Virus record (IMG/VR): IMGVR_UViG_3300045988_068596
Direction: 5' to 3' (one strand)
From: a virus
DNA: 64,000 nucleotides
In this document: piece after piece, positions 20,542 to 31,204 of the stretch
Layout of the letters: each line of letters begins with the position of its first letter
How positions within the stretch are numbered: position 1 is the stretch's first letter
Made by a program: the position numbers and the translations under genes
The notes under the pieces: model-generated
What the model saw: the letters and a program-made list of their open reading frames with translations, nothing else
Database searches by the model: none
Told to the model about the DNA's origin: nothing

Positions 20542-22185
20542 ATGACAAGTCAATGCTTAACAAATGAAATTCGAGCACAATATAGTCTAGGCAACGGAAT
20601 TGTTGAGTTCGTTGAAAGATTAGCTAAAAAAGCACAGCAATGGGGAGAAACATTTGCTACCCCTATACGTAAAACAACTGTAGCTGAGGAGATGGGACGT
20701 GACACACGTACTGTTACTCGGTATCTAGGACAACTTGAAGAGTTGGGTCTTGTTAGTACAGAAGCAAAACGTGGTAGAAATGGAGGAACTGTTGTCGTGT
20801 TTAATACTGATATTTTAAATTTTGAACCAACTGATAACCCGATTACTTCGGAGACAAAGGAAGCTAAGGAGATTCGTGAACGTGTCTTCCCAAAAGCACC
20901 AACTCCGAAACCTAAAAGACGGTACCGTACAAAATTAGAGATTGCAGAAGCTCGCATTTTAGAACAAAAGCAAAAAAGCTTTGAAGAACGCTTAAACGAC
21001 TTACTTGAACGTACCTTCTTGGATAGAGACTTTTTTGATAATTTCGAAGAACCTCGTTTGTATTTCCAAGGGTATTTAATTGCACAAATGTACAATGCTT
21101 ATGCAGTTATTTTCCCAAAGAATAGACACGAGTTCTTTAAAGATATTGATGTGAAAAAATCAGAGGAAGGTTTACGTAGTATGAACAAAGCTAAATCATA
21201 CAACGTGTTACCTGCTCGTTTTGTAGGAACCCCACAGTACAACAAATTTGTTGAAGTAGCTAGATACTGTAATGAGAATAATATTAACCCATTATCTTAT
21301 CTAACTGTTCAATTTGAGCGTGCAGAGCATTTAGCCGACATTGGTAAAGCTCGTGTAGGGGCTATCCCTTATGTAAACACTTTACTGTGTGAAGAAGCTC
21401 GTAAAGCTTATTCTGACAATGTAATGTTTTATCGTAAAATGCGTAATAGCTTTAACTTATTCGGTATGAGTAGTAGTTCTGTTCCGTATAAAGGGGCTAA
21501 ATATGAGATTATTGTAGCTCTACGTACTGCGTACGAATTAGATAGAACAACAAGAGATACGTTCAACTACTTATTAGATGAATTAGCTAGTGGTGCACAA
21601 CAATCAGTGAAACAAGCAACCTTGTTAGGTTATTACAACACTACTTTAAATGCTTTATCAGAAAGTGAGTTAGTAGACGAAGACCAACAATTAATCAGAG
21701 ATTTCTTAAAAGAGCAAGTATTGTTATATTCACGTAAGAACTCATTGAGCAGTACTATCTATGCTTTAGCTTTCCCATTACAAATTAACGCTGTTAATTC
21801 AGTTGCGACCCTAAAAGGTCTTGACAAAGAGATGTATTACACTTATATTGGTAACATGTACAAGGTTACAGATGTTAACGATGATGAATACAACAGTTTC
21901 ACGGAACGTGGTCGAACAATTGATTTCTCTTACAATGCTAACGATACTTTCTTTAGCACAATGCGATTAATTGCAGATTGTAAGGGTCTAGGAGTTCCGG
22001 CAGGTAAGCTAGGAAGTGCCTTACAAAAATTCGGTGAAGAAAAAGTTCCGTTAGATACTTTTGGTATGTTAGATATTGAACGTATCTATGATAAATTGAT
22101 TGATTCAGATGAGTTAGCCAAAGACCGATATATTCAAGACAAAGATGCAACCATGATGAGTATGGTTGTGACTGACGAGGGGTAG
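20542..22185 (+). CDS. Replication-associated protein with an N-terminal winged-helix/HTH (547 aa).
   Basis: HTH-like segment 'TVAEEMGRDTRTVTRYLGQLEELGLV'. It sits between two helicase genes. Confidence 0.35.
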   Translation: MTSQCLTNEIRAQYSLGNGIVEFVERLAKKAQQWGETFATPIRKTTVAEEMGRDTRTVTRYLGQLEELGLVSTEAKRGRNGGTVVVFNTDILNFEPTDNPITSETKEAKEIRERVFPKAPTPKPKRRYRTKLEIAEARILEQKQKSFEERLNDLLERTFLDRDFFDNFEEPRLYFQGYLIAQMYNAYAVIFPKNRHEFFKDIDVKKSEEGLRSMNKAKSYNVLPARFVGTPQYNKFVEVARYCNENNINPLSYLTVQFERAEHLADIGKARVGAIPYVNTLLCEEARKAYSDNVMFYRKMRNSFNLFGMSSSSVPYKGAKYEIIVALRTAYELDRTTRDTFNYLLDELASGAQQSVKQATLLGYYNTTLNALSESELVDEDQQLIRDFLKEQVLLYSRKNSLSSTIYALAFPLQINAVNSVATLKGLDKEMYYTYIGNMYKVTDVNDDEYNSFTERGRTIDFSYNANDTFFSTMRLIADCKGLGVPAGKLGSALQKFGEEKVPLDTFGMLDIERIYDKLIDSDELAKDRYIQDKDATMMSMVVTDEG

Positions 22186-22198
22186 GGAGAAAAGCAGA

Positions 22199-23671
22199 AT
22201 GAGTCAAATTCACAAACAAACCATTTATAAAGCCATTAGTGAACCTTTGTTCGCAAAGGATGTTTTTAGTCGATTACCAATTGAAGATTTTAAAGAGGAT
22301 GGATACGATATGATTGTATCCACCTTAAATCTTTATTATCGTACACACGATGCTCCGCTAGAGGAACAAACGTTGTTAACTCTTGTGGAAGACAAAATGT
22401 TGAAACAAAACAAAAGTTTAGAAGCACAGCAAGTTGCTTTTAACTTAGTAAGTGACCTTTACAAATTAGAGGAAGCAGAAACAGATTCAGAAGCAATTAG
22501 TGAAAGTGTTCAGAACTATGTACGTAAGACTTTAACACGTGAAGCTATCATGGAAGCTGTAACGAATGATGGAGCATTAGGTTCTGACCAAAACATTCAG
22601 AGCCTTATGGAGTCTTTGCGTGGAATCATGACAATCGACACAGGCGGGCATGGAGCAGAACTTTTAGATTTCTTTGCTGATATTGATAAGAAAAAAGAAC
22701 ATCTACGTAATTTACAACAAAACAAATATCCAACAGGTTTCATGGCTATTGATGCTATCTCTGATGGTGGTTTAGCCCGTGGTGAGGTTGGTATGGTTAT
22801 TGCACCTACAGGTGGTGGTAAAACTACTTGGGCAGTAAACCAAGCTAGAAATTATGTTGTACGAGGTTTAAATGTATTGTACATTCCTCTGGAAGAAAAA
22901 ATTGACCGTATGATTGTTCGTTTTGAGCAACTTTTATCTCAACAAAGCAAGAACAGTATCCTAGTTGATGGGGAGTTAAACGAACAGTTATATGACCAAA
23001 TTCAACAAGCTTACGGTGCAGGTAAAGAACAATTAAACTGGGGGAACTTATGGATTCGTAAATACAAACCCCAAGAGCTAACTCCTAGTGGGCTATCTCA
23101 ATTGATTTCTGACGTAATGATTCGTAAAGGGCAACAAATTGACGTAGTTATTATTGACTACCCTGATTTGATGAAGAATCCCCATTCAAGTGGTGGTAAT
23201 GGAGAGTCAGATGCGGGCGGTAAATTATATGAAGATATTCGTTCCATTGCCCAAGAATATGATTTTGTTTGTTGGACTCTATCTCAGTTGAACCGTGCTA
23301 GTTATGGTCAAGAAGTGAAGAATGCCGGAGCAATTGAGGGTTCAAAACGTAAAATGAATGCGGTAGAATTAATCTTCACACTTAACCAAACACCAGAAGA
23401 GTTCCAAAGTGGGTTTATTCGTGCTTACGTAGACAAGTTACGTAATAACAGTGGTGTAGCTTATGATAAAATGTTGTACTTTAAAGTTATTCCGGAAACA
23501 ATGACAATTCGTGATGAGACCCAAGAAGAACGAATGGCTCATGCGAACTTGTTAGAACAAACAATGGAAGTAGCTAGGGATAACTACAAGAAGGAAAACA
23601 ATTTTACACCAAAGGATGCCCAAAGTAAAATTAACAGTTTAAACGCACAGCTAGCGGGAGGTCTAAAATAA
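22199..23671 (+). CDS. DnaB-like replicative helicase with a RecA-fold ATPase domain.
   Basis: Walker A 'APTGGGKTTWAVNQA' and Walker B 'VVIIDYPDLM'. Confidence 0.55.
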   Translation: MSQIHKQTIYKAISEPLFAKDVFSRLPIEDFKEDGYDMIVSTLNLYYRTHDAPLEEQTLLTLVEDKMLKQNKSLEAQQVAFNLVSDLYKLEEAETDSEAISESVQNYVRKTLTREAIMEAVTNDGALGSDQNIQSLMESLRGIMTIDTGGHGAELLDFFADIDKKKEHLRNLQQNKYPTGFMAIDAISDGGLARGEVGMVIAPTGGGKTTWAVNQARNYVVRGLNVLYIPLEEKIDRMIVRFEQLLSQQSKNSILVDGELNEQLYDQIQQAYGAGKEQLNWGNLWIRKYKPQELTPSGLSQLISDVMIRKGQQIDVVIIDYPDLMKNPHSSGGNGESDAGGKLYEDIRSIAQEYDFVCWTLSQLNRASYGQEVKNAGAIEGSKRKMNAVELIFTLNQTPEEFQSGFIRAYVDKLRNNSGVAYDKMLYFKVIPETMTIRDETQEERMAHANLLEQTMEVARDNYKKENNFTPKDAQSKINSLNAQLAGGLK

Positions 23672-24711
23672 TGAAACACATTATTAACTTTTCTGATTTT
23701 CATATGCACTTTTTTAAGGACTTCTCTAAGCCAGATGCTATTTATGGGACTGACCGAGCAAAAGAACAAATAAAGGTTCTTGAAGAATTAATGAATTACG
23801 CTCGTGAGGTTAAAGGAGACGTTTTATTTAATGGAGACCTGTTTCATAAACGGGTTTCTATTGATGTCAGAATATTCAATATGATGTTCGAGGTATTTAG
23901 TTCATATCCAGATGTACCAATCATTATGGTTAGTGGTAACCACGATAAGGTAACGAACGCTCTAGCCTCTGACAGCGCTCTAGAAGCGTTTAATGCTTTA
24001 CCTAATGTAACTGTCATCTCTACAATGGAAAAGCTTGTACGGGACGAATACACGCTCTATGGAGTTAGTTACGGTGAAGAAGTAGACGAAATGAAGGAAT
24101 GGATTGCAGAGGAAGCTAAAAAGCTAGACCCTAACACAATCAATATTCTTTGTGCTCATATCGGTGTTGACGGTTCTTCTACTGGACAGTATTCCCATAC
24201 ACTTAGTGGAGCATTCAAAGTAGCTGACTTGTACCCTGATAATTTTGATATTGTTACGCTTGGTCACTATCATAAACGACAATTCTTAGGTGGTCTATCT
24301 AATGTATTTTATGTAGGTAACACCTTACAGACTTCTTTTGCTGATGAAGGTCAAGCTAAAGGCTTCATGGACATTACCTTAGATGGTAAAGAATGGAGTA
24401 TGGAATTTATTAAAGCAAACTATACCCCATTTATGACTGTAACAGCAGATACAGTGCCAGAAGACTTAAGTGGAGCATTTATTCAGTTTGTAGGTAATGT
24501 TACTGAAACCGAAGCTGTTAAAAAGCTTAAAGAAGACAATGACCTGTCTAACTTACGAATTAAAGTGCAGAAGGACTATTATGTACCTCCACGTATTGAG
24601 ATTACCGCAGGTTCTACCCCAGAAGAAGTTGTACGAGCATTCACTGATAAGAAGTATCCTGACTTACAGGACAAAGCTTTAGAATGTTTACGTATAGCTA
24701 CAGAGATATAA
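23671..24711 (+). CDS. SbcD/Mre11-like nuclease (metallophosphoesterase).
   Basis: Motifs DFHMH, GDLFH, GNHD and GHYH. It is followed by the SbcC/Rad50 gene. Confidence 0.7.
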   Translation: MKHIINFSDFHMHFFKDFSKPDAIYGTDRAKEQIKVLEELMNYAREVKGDVLFNGDLFHKRVSIDVRIFNMMFEVFSSYPDVPIIMVSGNHDKVTNALASDSALEAFNALPNVTVISTMEKLVRDEYTLYGVSYGEEVDEMKEWIAEEAKKLDPNTINILCAHIGVDGSSTGQYSHTLSGAFKVADLYPDNFDIVTLGHYHKRQFLGGLSNVFYVGNTLQTSFADEGQAKGFMDITLDGKEWSMEFIKANYTPFMTVTADTVPEDLSGAFIQFVGNVTETEAVKKLKEDNDLSNLRIKVQKDYYVPPRIEITAGSTPEEVVRAFTDKKYPDLQDKALECLRIATEI

Positions 24712-24726
24712 ATTAATAGATTTTTT

Positions 24727-24754
24727 AAGCCCAGAATGTTCTGGGCTTTTTTGG
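24727..24754 (+). terminator. Rho-independent terminator.
   Basis: aagcccagaa-tgtt-ctgggctt followed by tttt. Confidence 0.7.
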
Positions 24755-24763
24755 CATACACCC

Positions 24764-24792
24764 TTGACATGTAAGTGCTTGTAATGTATACT
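24764..24792 (+). promoter_or_regulatory. Sigma-A promoter TTGACA-17-TATACT.
   Basis: Consensus -35 and -10 elements with a 17-bp spacer upstream of sbcC. Confidence 0.55.
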
Positions 24793-24829
24793 TATGTTAG
24801 TAACAGACATATACTTACAGGAGGTAAAA

Positions 24830-26722
24830 ATGTTAAAGTTTAAACGTGTAAGCGCAAAGAACTATCTCTCTATTGGAGAAGTATCTATCGACTTAGATAA
24901 TCGAGGACTTGTTTTAATCGAGGGAATTAATGACACGAACGAAACGTTTCAGAGTAATGGTTCAGGTAAAAGTACGTTGCTTTCAACTGTCACTTATGCA
25001 CTATATGGCACTACACCTAGTGGTTTAAAAGCGGATGCTGTAATTAACAGACAGGTAAAAAAGAACATGTCTGTTATTTTAGAGTTTGAAAAAGACGGCA
25101 TTCCATACAGAATTGAACGTTATCGTAAACATAGTAAATTTAAAAATACAACGAAGTTATTTCAGGGAGATACTGATTTAACACAAAAATCTGTAGCTGA
25201 TACAGACAAAAAAATCTTAGACATTTTCGGGATTGACTACCTTACATATGCAAATAGCATCATGTATGGACAAGGAAACGTAGAAATATTTGCTACTGCC
25301 ACAGATAAAGGTAAGAAGCAGATATTAGAAAATCTGGCTGATATTGGTGTATACCGATATGCACAGGATGTAGCAAAAGAAAAAGAAAAAGAAGCTAATG
25401 CCTTAGTAGAAGAACTTGGTAGACAACATATGACCAAGGTAGCTGAAATCGAAACATTAAAACAGGTTTATTCTAGTGCATTAGAGCAATATGCTAATAC
25501 AGAAAGAATGATTGTTGCTCGGAAACAAGAGTATGAGGAAGCCAGAGTAAAATACACCGAGGCAGAAGACATGCTCACTCAAATGGAACAAGAAGTAACA
25601 CCAAAGATTGAACAACTAACTAAAGAGTTGGAAGCTTGTGCAGTTCCAGAAGATAGCTTTGCAATATCAGAGGAATTGCGAGAACAGCAGGCTAACCTGT
25701 TTAAGTTAAATCAAGCAAAAACTACTACACAACAAGCTATTAATAAAGCACAAGTAGATTTGAGTAACACTGAGCAAGCTACAAATTGTCAGTTATGTGG
25801 TGCACCTTTAGATGCGGAACATCGGCAAAAAGAGATGTTACGATTGCAACAAGAAATTCAGGAGAAACAAGCTTTCATTACACAATTGGATTCAGCAATT
25901 GTTGCTTACTCTGATTTGGAACAGAAAGCTAAAGAAAAACAGGCAAGGGTACAGCAAGAAGTTAACGAAGTTGTTACAAAACAACGCAATATACAGTCAG
26001 CTATTAATGAACTAAACAATCGTTTACGTACGGCTGAAAATGCTGTAGCACTTACACGGAACAATGTAACTAATCTATCAGGAGCCTTAGCTCACTTAGA
26101 GGGCATTCCGAAACCAGAATATGACACGGAAGCGGAAGCTCGTATTAAAGCAGAAATGGAAGACATTACTAAACGAAAAGAATTAGCAGAACAAGAAGCA
26201 AGACAATACCATATTTTAGCACTAGAAGTCTTCTCAAATAAAGGGATTCGTTCGGAGGTATTAGACCTAGTAACACCATTCTTAAATGAACGAGCTAATC
26301 ACTATTTGTCTACTTTATCCGGTTCTGATATTGAAATTAGATTTAGTACACAGACAGAAAATGCAGACGGAAGTCTAAAAGATAAATTTGATTTAGAGGT
26401 AATTAACGGTTCTGGTGGAGACACCTACCAAGCAAACTCTGAGGGTGAGAAAAAGAGAATTGACCTAGCTATTTCTTTTGCCATCCAAGACTTGGTACAA
26501 TCAAAAGCAAACATTGCTGTGAACCTAGGCTTATACGATGAATGTTTTGATGGCTTAGATTCTATCGGTTGTGAAAATGTGATTAAGATTTTGAAAGAAA
26601 GACAGAAAAACATTAGCAGTATCTTTGTTATTACACATAATGACAATCTCAAACCATTGTTCGAAAATGTAGTTACTATGCAAAAAACAGAAGGAAACTC
26701 CTTCTTAGTTGAAAAGAAGTAA
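24830..26722 (+). CDS. SbcC/Rad50-like ATPase.
   Basis: Walker A 'NGSGKST', long coiled coil, zinc-hook 'CQLCGAPL', ABC signature 'SEGEKKRIDLA', Walker B 'LYDECFDGLD'. ATG at 24830 with RBS caggaggt. Confidence 0.75.
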   Translation: MLKFKRVSAKNYLSIGEVSIDLDNRGLVLIEGINDTNETFQSNGSGKSTLLSTVTYALYGTTPSGLKADAVINRQVKKNMSVILEFEKDGIPYRIERYRKHSKFKNTTKLFQGDTDLTQKSVADTDKKILDIFGIDYLTYANSIMYGQGNVEIFATATDKGKKQILENLADIGVYRYAQDVAKEKEKEANALVEELGRQHMTKVAEIETLKQVYSSALEQYANTERMIVARKQEYEEARVKYTEAEDMLTQMEQEVTPKIEQLTKELEACAVPEDSFAISEELREQQANLFKLNQAKTTTQQAINKAQVDLSNTEQATNCQLCGAPLDAEHRQKEMLRLQQEIQEKQAFITQLDSAIVAYSDLEQKAKEKQARVQQEVNEVVTKQRNIQSAINELNNRLRTAENAVALTRNNVTNLSGALAHLEGIPKPEYDTEAEARIKAEMEDITKRKELAEQEARQYHILALEVFSNKGIRSEVLDLVTPFLNERANHYLSTLSGSDIEIRFSTQTENADGSLKDKFDLEVINGSGGDTYQANSEGEKKRIDLAISFAIQDLVQSKANIAVNLGLYDECFDGLDSIGCENVIKILKERQKNISSIFVITHNDNLKPLFENVVTMQKTEGNSFLVEKK

Positions 26723-26736
26723 GGATGGTAATTACA

Positions 26737-27395
26737 TGAAATTATATTCAGTAGATAAAGGGCGTAACCTTGGAACGGTACTCGTCCCAACAAATGTAGG
26801 CTACACACAACGTTTAGACTTCCCGCTTGACACATTGTTTGATTGGTACCCATGTTGCCCAAGATATGATTACAAGTACAGTGATACACGAGATAAGATG
26901 TACATTGTAATGATTGAGGAAAATGAAAAGCTTCCGTTACGTTACAATGTTCCGTCTACAAAAAAACGTGTTAAGTCAAAAACAGCTTGCTTTATTACAG
27001 ATACTTGGTATAATCAAGAAGTAGCTAATGACAACAAGAAGTTATTTAGCTTTGCTGAAAACTATGACATTGTAACTCCTAACAAAGAGAATTATACTCT
27101 GGAAGACATAAACAAGAGTATTGAACGTGTACAGGACATTTTAGACATGCTGTATACAGTTCAAGAAAAACAAGTAGAAAAAGACTTGATTGTTCGAGTT
27201 GGCACTTTGGAAAAAGAAGCTCCTGATTCAGAAGAATTGAAGGCAGTGCATCAGGAAATTAAAGAATACATGCAGTTAGACCGAGAGGGAAAAGCTTCAC
27301 ATGTATTAAGCTTATTGCCCCAACATGCCGAAGAGTTATATGCAAACTTTGGAGAAGTTTACACAATGTTAAATCTAATGAAGAAAGTAGTGTAG
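26737..27395 (+). CDS. Hypothetical protein (~219 aa).
   Basis: ATG at 26737 with RBS aaggatgg, inside the track ORF 26709-27395. Confidence 0.35.
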
Positions 27396-27398
27396 GAA

Positions 27399-28454
27399 AT
27401 GTTCTCAGACCTTCTAACAAATGAACTAGGCATACCAAAAGACATTGAACACGAATTGCGATATAACTGTCCGTTCTGTGAACCAAACCATGACTATAAA
27501 TTATATGTCAAGGTTAGTGATGATAGTACGAATGGATTGTGGATTTGTTTTAAGTGTGGTCGTAAAGGTAACCCTATATCGTTTGTAATGGAATACTTTG
27601 GTGTCTCTTTTGAAGAAGCATTAGAGATTCTAGAGGGTTATGGTTACAGATTCCAGAATAAGAACTACATTCCAAAAGATGATTCATTAACGGATGAAGA
27701 GTACTTATTGTTACTACTTGATACTGTAGGGAAACCTAAGACGGTAGAGGAGGAAGAAGAAGAAAAACTCACGCCCCCTCCTTTACCACAAGGATTCCAA
27801 CTATTATCTCAAAATCTATACAATCCGGAAGCATACCCATTTTTAGTTTATTGTCATAAACGAGGTTTTACTTTAAATGACATTATCCGACACAATATTG
27901 GGTATGTACTAGACAGCACAGTCAATCTTCCATCAGGAAGACAGATTAGGTTGAAGAACCATTTAGTATTTCTTACACATGGTGACGATGGACAGTATCA
28001 GTATTGGAATACACGTGCGATTGCTGATAGTTATATAAAGTCCTTTAATGCACCTAGTAAGGACGGAGAGTACTCCAAGAAGAATACTATATTCAATCTT
28101 AACATTGCATGTAAAACTCCACAAGTAGTCATTACTGAGGGAGTTCCTGATGCACTAACTTTAGGAGAATCTGGTGTAGGTACATTTGGTAAACAGGTTA
28201 CAGATGCGCAGATTAATTTAATACTTAAGAGTGTTGCTCCTGAGCAACCAATTTATGTGTATCTAGATAAGGATGCAAAGAATGAGATAAAAAAACTTGC
28301 AGAGCGTTTGTATGAACGACATAAAGAAACTTATATTGTTATAAGCCCTACAGACAAAGACCCGAACAGTATTGGTAAAGAGAGTGCTTGGGAAATTATT
28401 AAGAACCATTCTGTAAAGGCAGACGGTGTAGGTATAATCAAATTGATGTTATAG
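27399..28454 (+). CDS. DnaG-type DNA primase (zinc-binding plus TOPRIM domains).
   Basis: Zinc motif 'CPFCEPN...CFKCGRKG'. TOPRIM segment 'VVITEGVPDALTLGE' and 'VYLDKDAKNE'. Confidence 0.65.
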   Translation: MFSDLLTNELGIPKDIEHELRYNCPFCEPNHDYKLYVKVSDDSTNGLWICFKCGRKGNPISFVMEYFGVSFEEALEILEGYGYRFQNKNYIPKDDSLTDEEYLLLLLDTVGKPKTVEEEEEEKLTPPPLPQGFQLLSQNLYNPEAYPFLVYCHKRGFTLNDIIRHNIGYVLDSTVNLPSGRQIRLKNHLVFLTHGDDGQYQYWNTRAIADSYIKSFNAPSKDGEYSKKNTIFNLNIACKTPQVVITEGVPDALTLGESGVGTFGKQVTDAQINLILKSVAPEQPIYVYLDKDAKNEIKKLAERLYERHKETYIVISPTDKDPNSIGKESAWEIIKNHSVKADGVGIIKLML

Positions 28455-28463
28455 GAGGTACGT

Positions 28464-29345
28464 ATGAGTAACATTAAGTATGAAGTACATTGGGTACATC
28501 ACCAATTAGGAGTAGACAAAACACATGGTGTATTTGGAACACTAGATAAAGCTATTGAGTCCATCTATGATTGGTGGACACAGAATGACTACAATCCACC
28601 ATATGTTCGTATGTGGACAGTAGACGGTGTAACTACATTGGACTACGGGTTTCACTATATGTTCTATAAAATCAAAGAAATAAAGGAGACTAATGAATTG
28701 AATCCAGTAGTTAAGTTTACAAAGAGCGAGGGAGCCATTGCCCCAAAACGAGGACGAGAAGCTGATGTAGCACACGACTTGTTTACAGATAAGGATGCTG
28801 TAATTTTACCGGGAAGACTGGGAGCAACAGTAGTTACTACAGGAATTAGAACAGCTTTTGACCCTAATTTGTATGGTCTGTTTATCAACCCACGTGGTGG
28901 CATGATGAAATACCCATTAACTCTAGGCAATACACAAGGTGTTGTTGAAGGAGAATATCGTGGGGATGTTGGGCTTCCTCTTAAGAATACTTTCTCTTTA
29001 CAATTCGGAGAATATACTAACGCTACTCGTGTTTTAGTTATTACCGAAGACGGTAAGCTTGTAGGAAAACCAGTTAAAGAAGTACGTGAAAGCTATCCAG
29101 AATTTGATAAGCTTTATGAAGAACAGCTAACTAAATTAGGTAATGAGCTAGATTTAATCTATGACAATATATTTACTGGTGTTTCTGAAACCTATGTTGT
29201 TGCAGGAACTATCTTTATTCCAAAAGGTACTCGTTTATGTCAAGCATTCTTGCTTCCACGTTACGCTACTAATTTTGTTGAAGTAGACGAATTAGACGAA
29301 ACAGAACGTGGTGAAGGTGCATATGGTTCGTCTGGTGTTAAATAA
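28464..29345 (+). CDS. dUTPase-like protein with an N-terminal extension.
   Basis: dUTPase-like motifs 'VAHDLF', 'NPRGG' and 'GVVEGEYRGDVGLPLKN'. Confidence 0.5.
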   Translation: MSNIKYEVHWVHHQLGVDKTHGVFGTLDKAIESIYDWWTQNDYNPPYVRMWTVDGVTTLDYGFHYMFYKIKEIKETNELNPVVKFTKSEGAIAPKRGREADVAHDLFTDKDAVILPGRLGATVVTTGIRTAFDPNLYGLFINPRGGMMKYPLTLGNTQGVVEGEYRGDVGLPLKNTFSLQFGEYTNATRVLVITEDGKLVGKPVKEVRESYPEFDKLYEEQLTKLGNELDLIYDNIFTGVSETYVVAGTIFIPKGTRLCQAFLLPRYATNFVEVDELDETERGEGAYGSSGVK

Positions 29346-29581
29346 TGGCTAGTCGTATACCGGATTTAAAGATGCCACTTCTTTATCTTGTAGGAAGTGC
29401 TTCTATTGGTACTCGTGAGCATGGCTGTGATGTAACAGTTACCTTACGAGACTTTTATGTAGACACCCCTGATGACAAGTTAGAGCAACTAATAACTTTG
29501 ACGTACAAAGAAGACAAAATTGAAAATTTTACACGACTTAGTGCAGATAAATGTTCATTTCGTGTTATACTAGGAGAGTAG
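29345..29581 (+). CDS. Hypothetical protein (78 aa).
   Basis: Its ATG overlaps the upstream stop. Confidence 0.35.
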   Translation: MASRIPDLKMPLLYLVGSASIGTREHGCDVTVTLRDFYVDTPDDKLEQLITLTYKEDKIENFTRLSADKCSFRVILGE

Positions 29582-29584
29582 ACA

Positions 29585-29896
29585 ATGAAAGAATCACCAA
29601 GTGTAAAACTTACAGAAACTCATACAGTTACTCTTGTAAACACTGACGTACTTAAAGTAGGACAGGTTATTGGCTTTAGAGTTAACAGTCCTAAGCAAGT
29701 AGGCGCAGAAGTAGTAGATGTTTATTCCGAAGCTGTCGGTGTTATTGAACGTATCTGGTCAGAACGAATTGAGGTCTTAAACCTGATTACAGGTGGTCGT
29801 ACAGACCTATGGGCAAATACGTTCGATTGGAGAGAAATTGAAATACTGTCAGATGCGGAACATCTGTTGGAGGCGTATAAGAATGGAATTTGCTGA
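29585..29896 (+). CDS. Hypothetical protein (103 aa).
   Basis: ORF with an ATG start directly after the upstream stop. Confidence 0.35.
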   Translation: MKESPSVKLTETHTVTLVNTDVLKVGQVIGFRVNSPKQVGAEVVDVYSEAVGVIERIWSERIEVLNLITGGRTDLWANTFDWREIEILSDAEHLLEAYKNGIC

Positions 29897-30194
29897 GTAT
29901 TTCAATAAAATGCAAGAACATTATGCAAAAGGTGAAACTGTTGAGGTAGAAAAGCTTGTTAAAAGCGATGGTTCAAAACTAGTTACCTATGCTGAGTTTG
30001 AGGATGCTTTAGCTACTGTAGCACAGGTTACTACACTTGCTATTGAAGAAGCATTCCAAGCACAGGAAGCTAAGTTTGGTCTTGTACTAAAAACATTAAG
30101 AGAACAAAAAGTTATCTCAGAAGATACTGAAAAAGCTATTCTTGCTGAGTTTAATAATATAAATGAACTTATGGAGGACGACATTAATGAGTAA
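29883..30194 (+). CDS. Hypothetical protein (~103 aa).
   Basis: In-frame ATG at 29883 within the track ORF 29793-30194. Confidence 0.3.
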   Translation: MEFAEYFNKMQEHYAKGETVEVEKLVKSDGSKLVTYAEFEDALATVAQVTTLAIEEAFQAQEAKFGLVLKTLREQKVISEDTEKAILAEFNNINELMEDDINE

Positions 30195-30555
30195 AAAAGC
30201 AAAACGTGTAGGATTTATTTCTGAGGAAGACATGAGAACATGGACAGAGTATTTAGCTACAGGACATGTTCATGATAAAAACCATGCAAAACAGTTAGAA
30301 CGTTTAAGTAAACGTGATATTAGCTTAGGGGACGTGGCTACTGTCGTAGATTTCATGTCAAGACGTAATGATGGTTATATCACTGCTCTAATCGAACAAA
30401 ACTCTGTTAATGAAAAATTACTTAATAAATTGGGCGTAACAGATGAAATGCGTAATGAAGCGAAAGCCGAATACGAAGTTGAATTGAAACAAGCACAGGA
30501 AGAAATTAAAAAGTTACAAGAAGAGCTAGCTGAAAAACTACAAAAGGGTGAGTAA
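30187..30555 (+). CDS. Hypothetical coiled-coil protein (~122 aa).
   Basis: ATG at 30187 with RBS ggagg. Confidence 0.35.
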   Translation: MSKKAKRVGFISEEDMRTWTEYLATGHVHDKNHAKQLERLSKRDISLGDVATVVDFMSRRNDGYITALIEQNSVNEKLLNKLGVTDEMRNEAKAEYEVELKQAQEEIKKLQEELAEKLQKGE

Positions 30556-30556
30556 T

Positions 30557-31204
30557 ATGAGCACACATGAGGAATTACAGAAACTCGGTCTAGTTGACGA
30601 ACAAGGTAGCTTAAAGATAGAAGCTAGAAAAACAATGGAAACTCCGTTACAAGCTTTAGCCGATTTATTAAACGATAAGGTATCCAGTGATTCTGGGGTA
30701 TACGTAAGCGACTGCTTTCAAAGTGTTATGATTCGAGAGGAAAGACCTTATCGAGTAGTTAAGGGGTTGCATGATATTCCTACGTTGGTATTTTCGGGAA
30801 CAGTTTACCCATTGGATAGACTAACCTGTTATCCAGACATTCATAATATTAACTATCAGGATGTAAGTTTATTTAAACCTGTTAAAGAGGAGCATGTAGA
30901 CCAAATAATTTTCATGGTACAAAACCTTTATAATTTGAACAATAGAAACAACAATTTGTATATGCAGTTTAAGAGATACCAATGTGGAAAAGTTACCTAT
31001 GAAGAAATAATGAACACACTTAAGTCTAATATGGAGTTCTGGTCTGTACCTAATTATGTAGAATCATTAGTTGAAGAGTATTATGTGAACCCACATCTAT
31101 TCGATGTTAAAACACCTGTAGAACAACTAATTGAACAAGTAGAACTTATTGAGTCTAGACGTAAACGTGTTAAAGAAAGGGATGACGAGAGTACCCATGA
31201 CTGA
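30557..31204 (+). CDS. Hypothetical protein (~215 aa).
   Basis: ATG at 30557 with RBS aaagggtgag. Confidence 0.35.
   Translation: MSTHEELQKLGLVDEQGSLKIEARKTMETPLQALADLLNDKVSSDSGVYVSDCFQSVMIREERPYRVVKGLHDIPTLVFSGTVYPLDRLTCYPDIHNINYQDVSLFKPVKEEHVDQIIFMVQNLYNLNNRNNNLYMQFKRYQCGKVTYEEIMNTLKSNMEFWSVPNYVESLVEEYYVNPHLFDVKTPVEQLIEQVELIESRRKRVKERDDESTHD

Noticed and set aside
24794-24829. Upstream alternative start (24794) for sbcC given by the ORF track.
   Set aside because: The ATG at 24830 is preceded by a near-consensus RBS (caggaggtaaaaATG), and the promoter -10 (24787-24792) lies upstream of it. The 24794 start would place the promoter inside the coding region.
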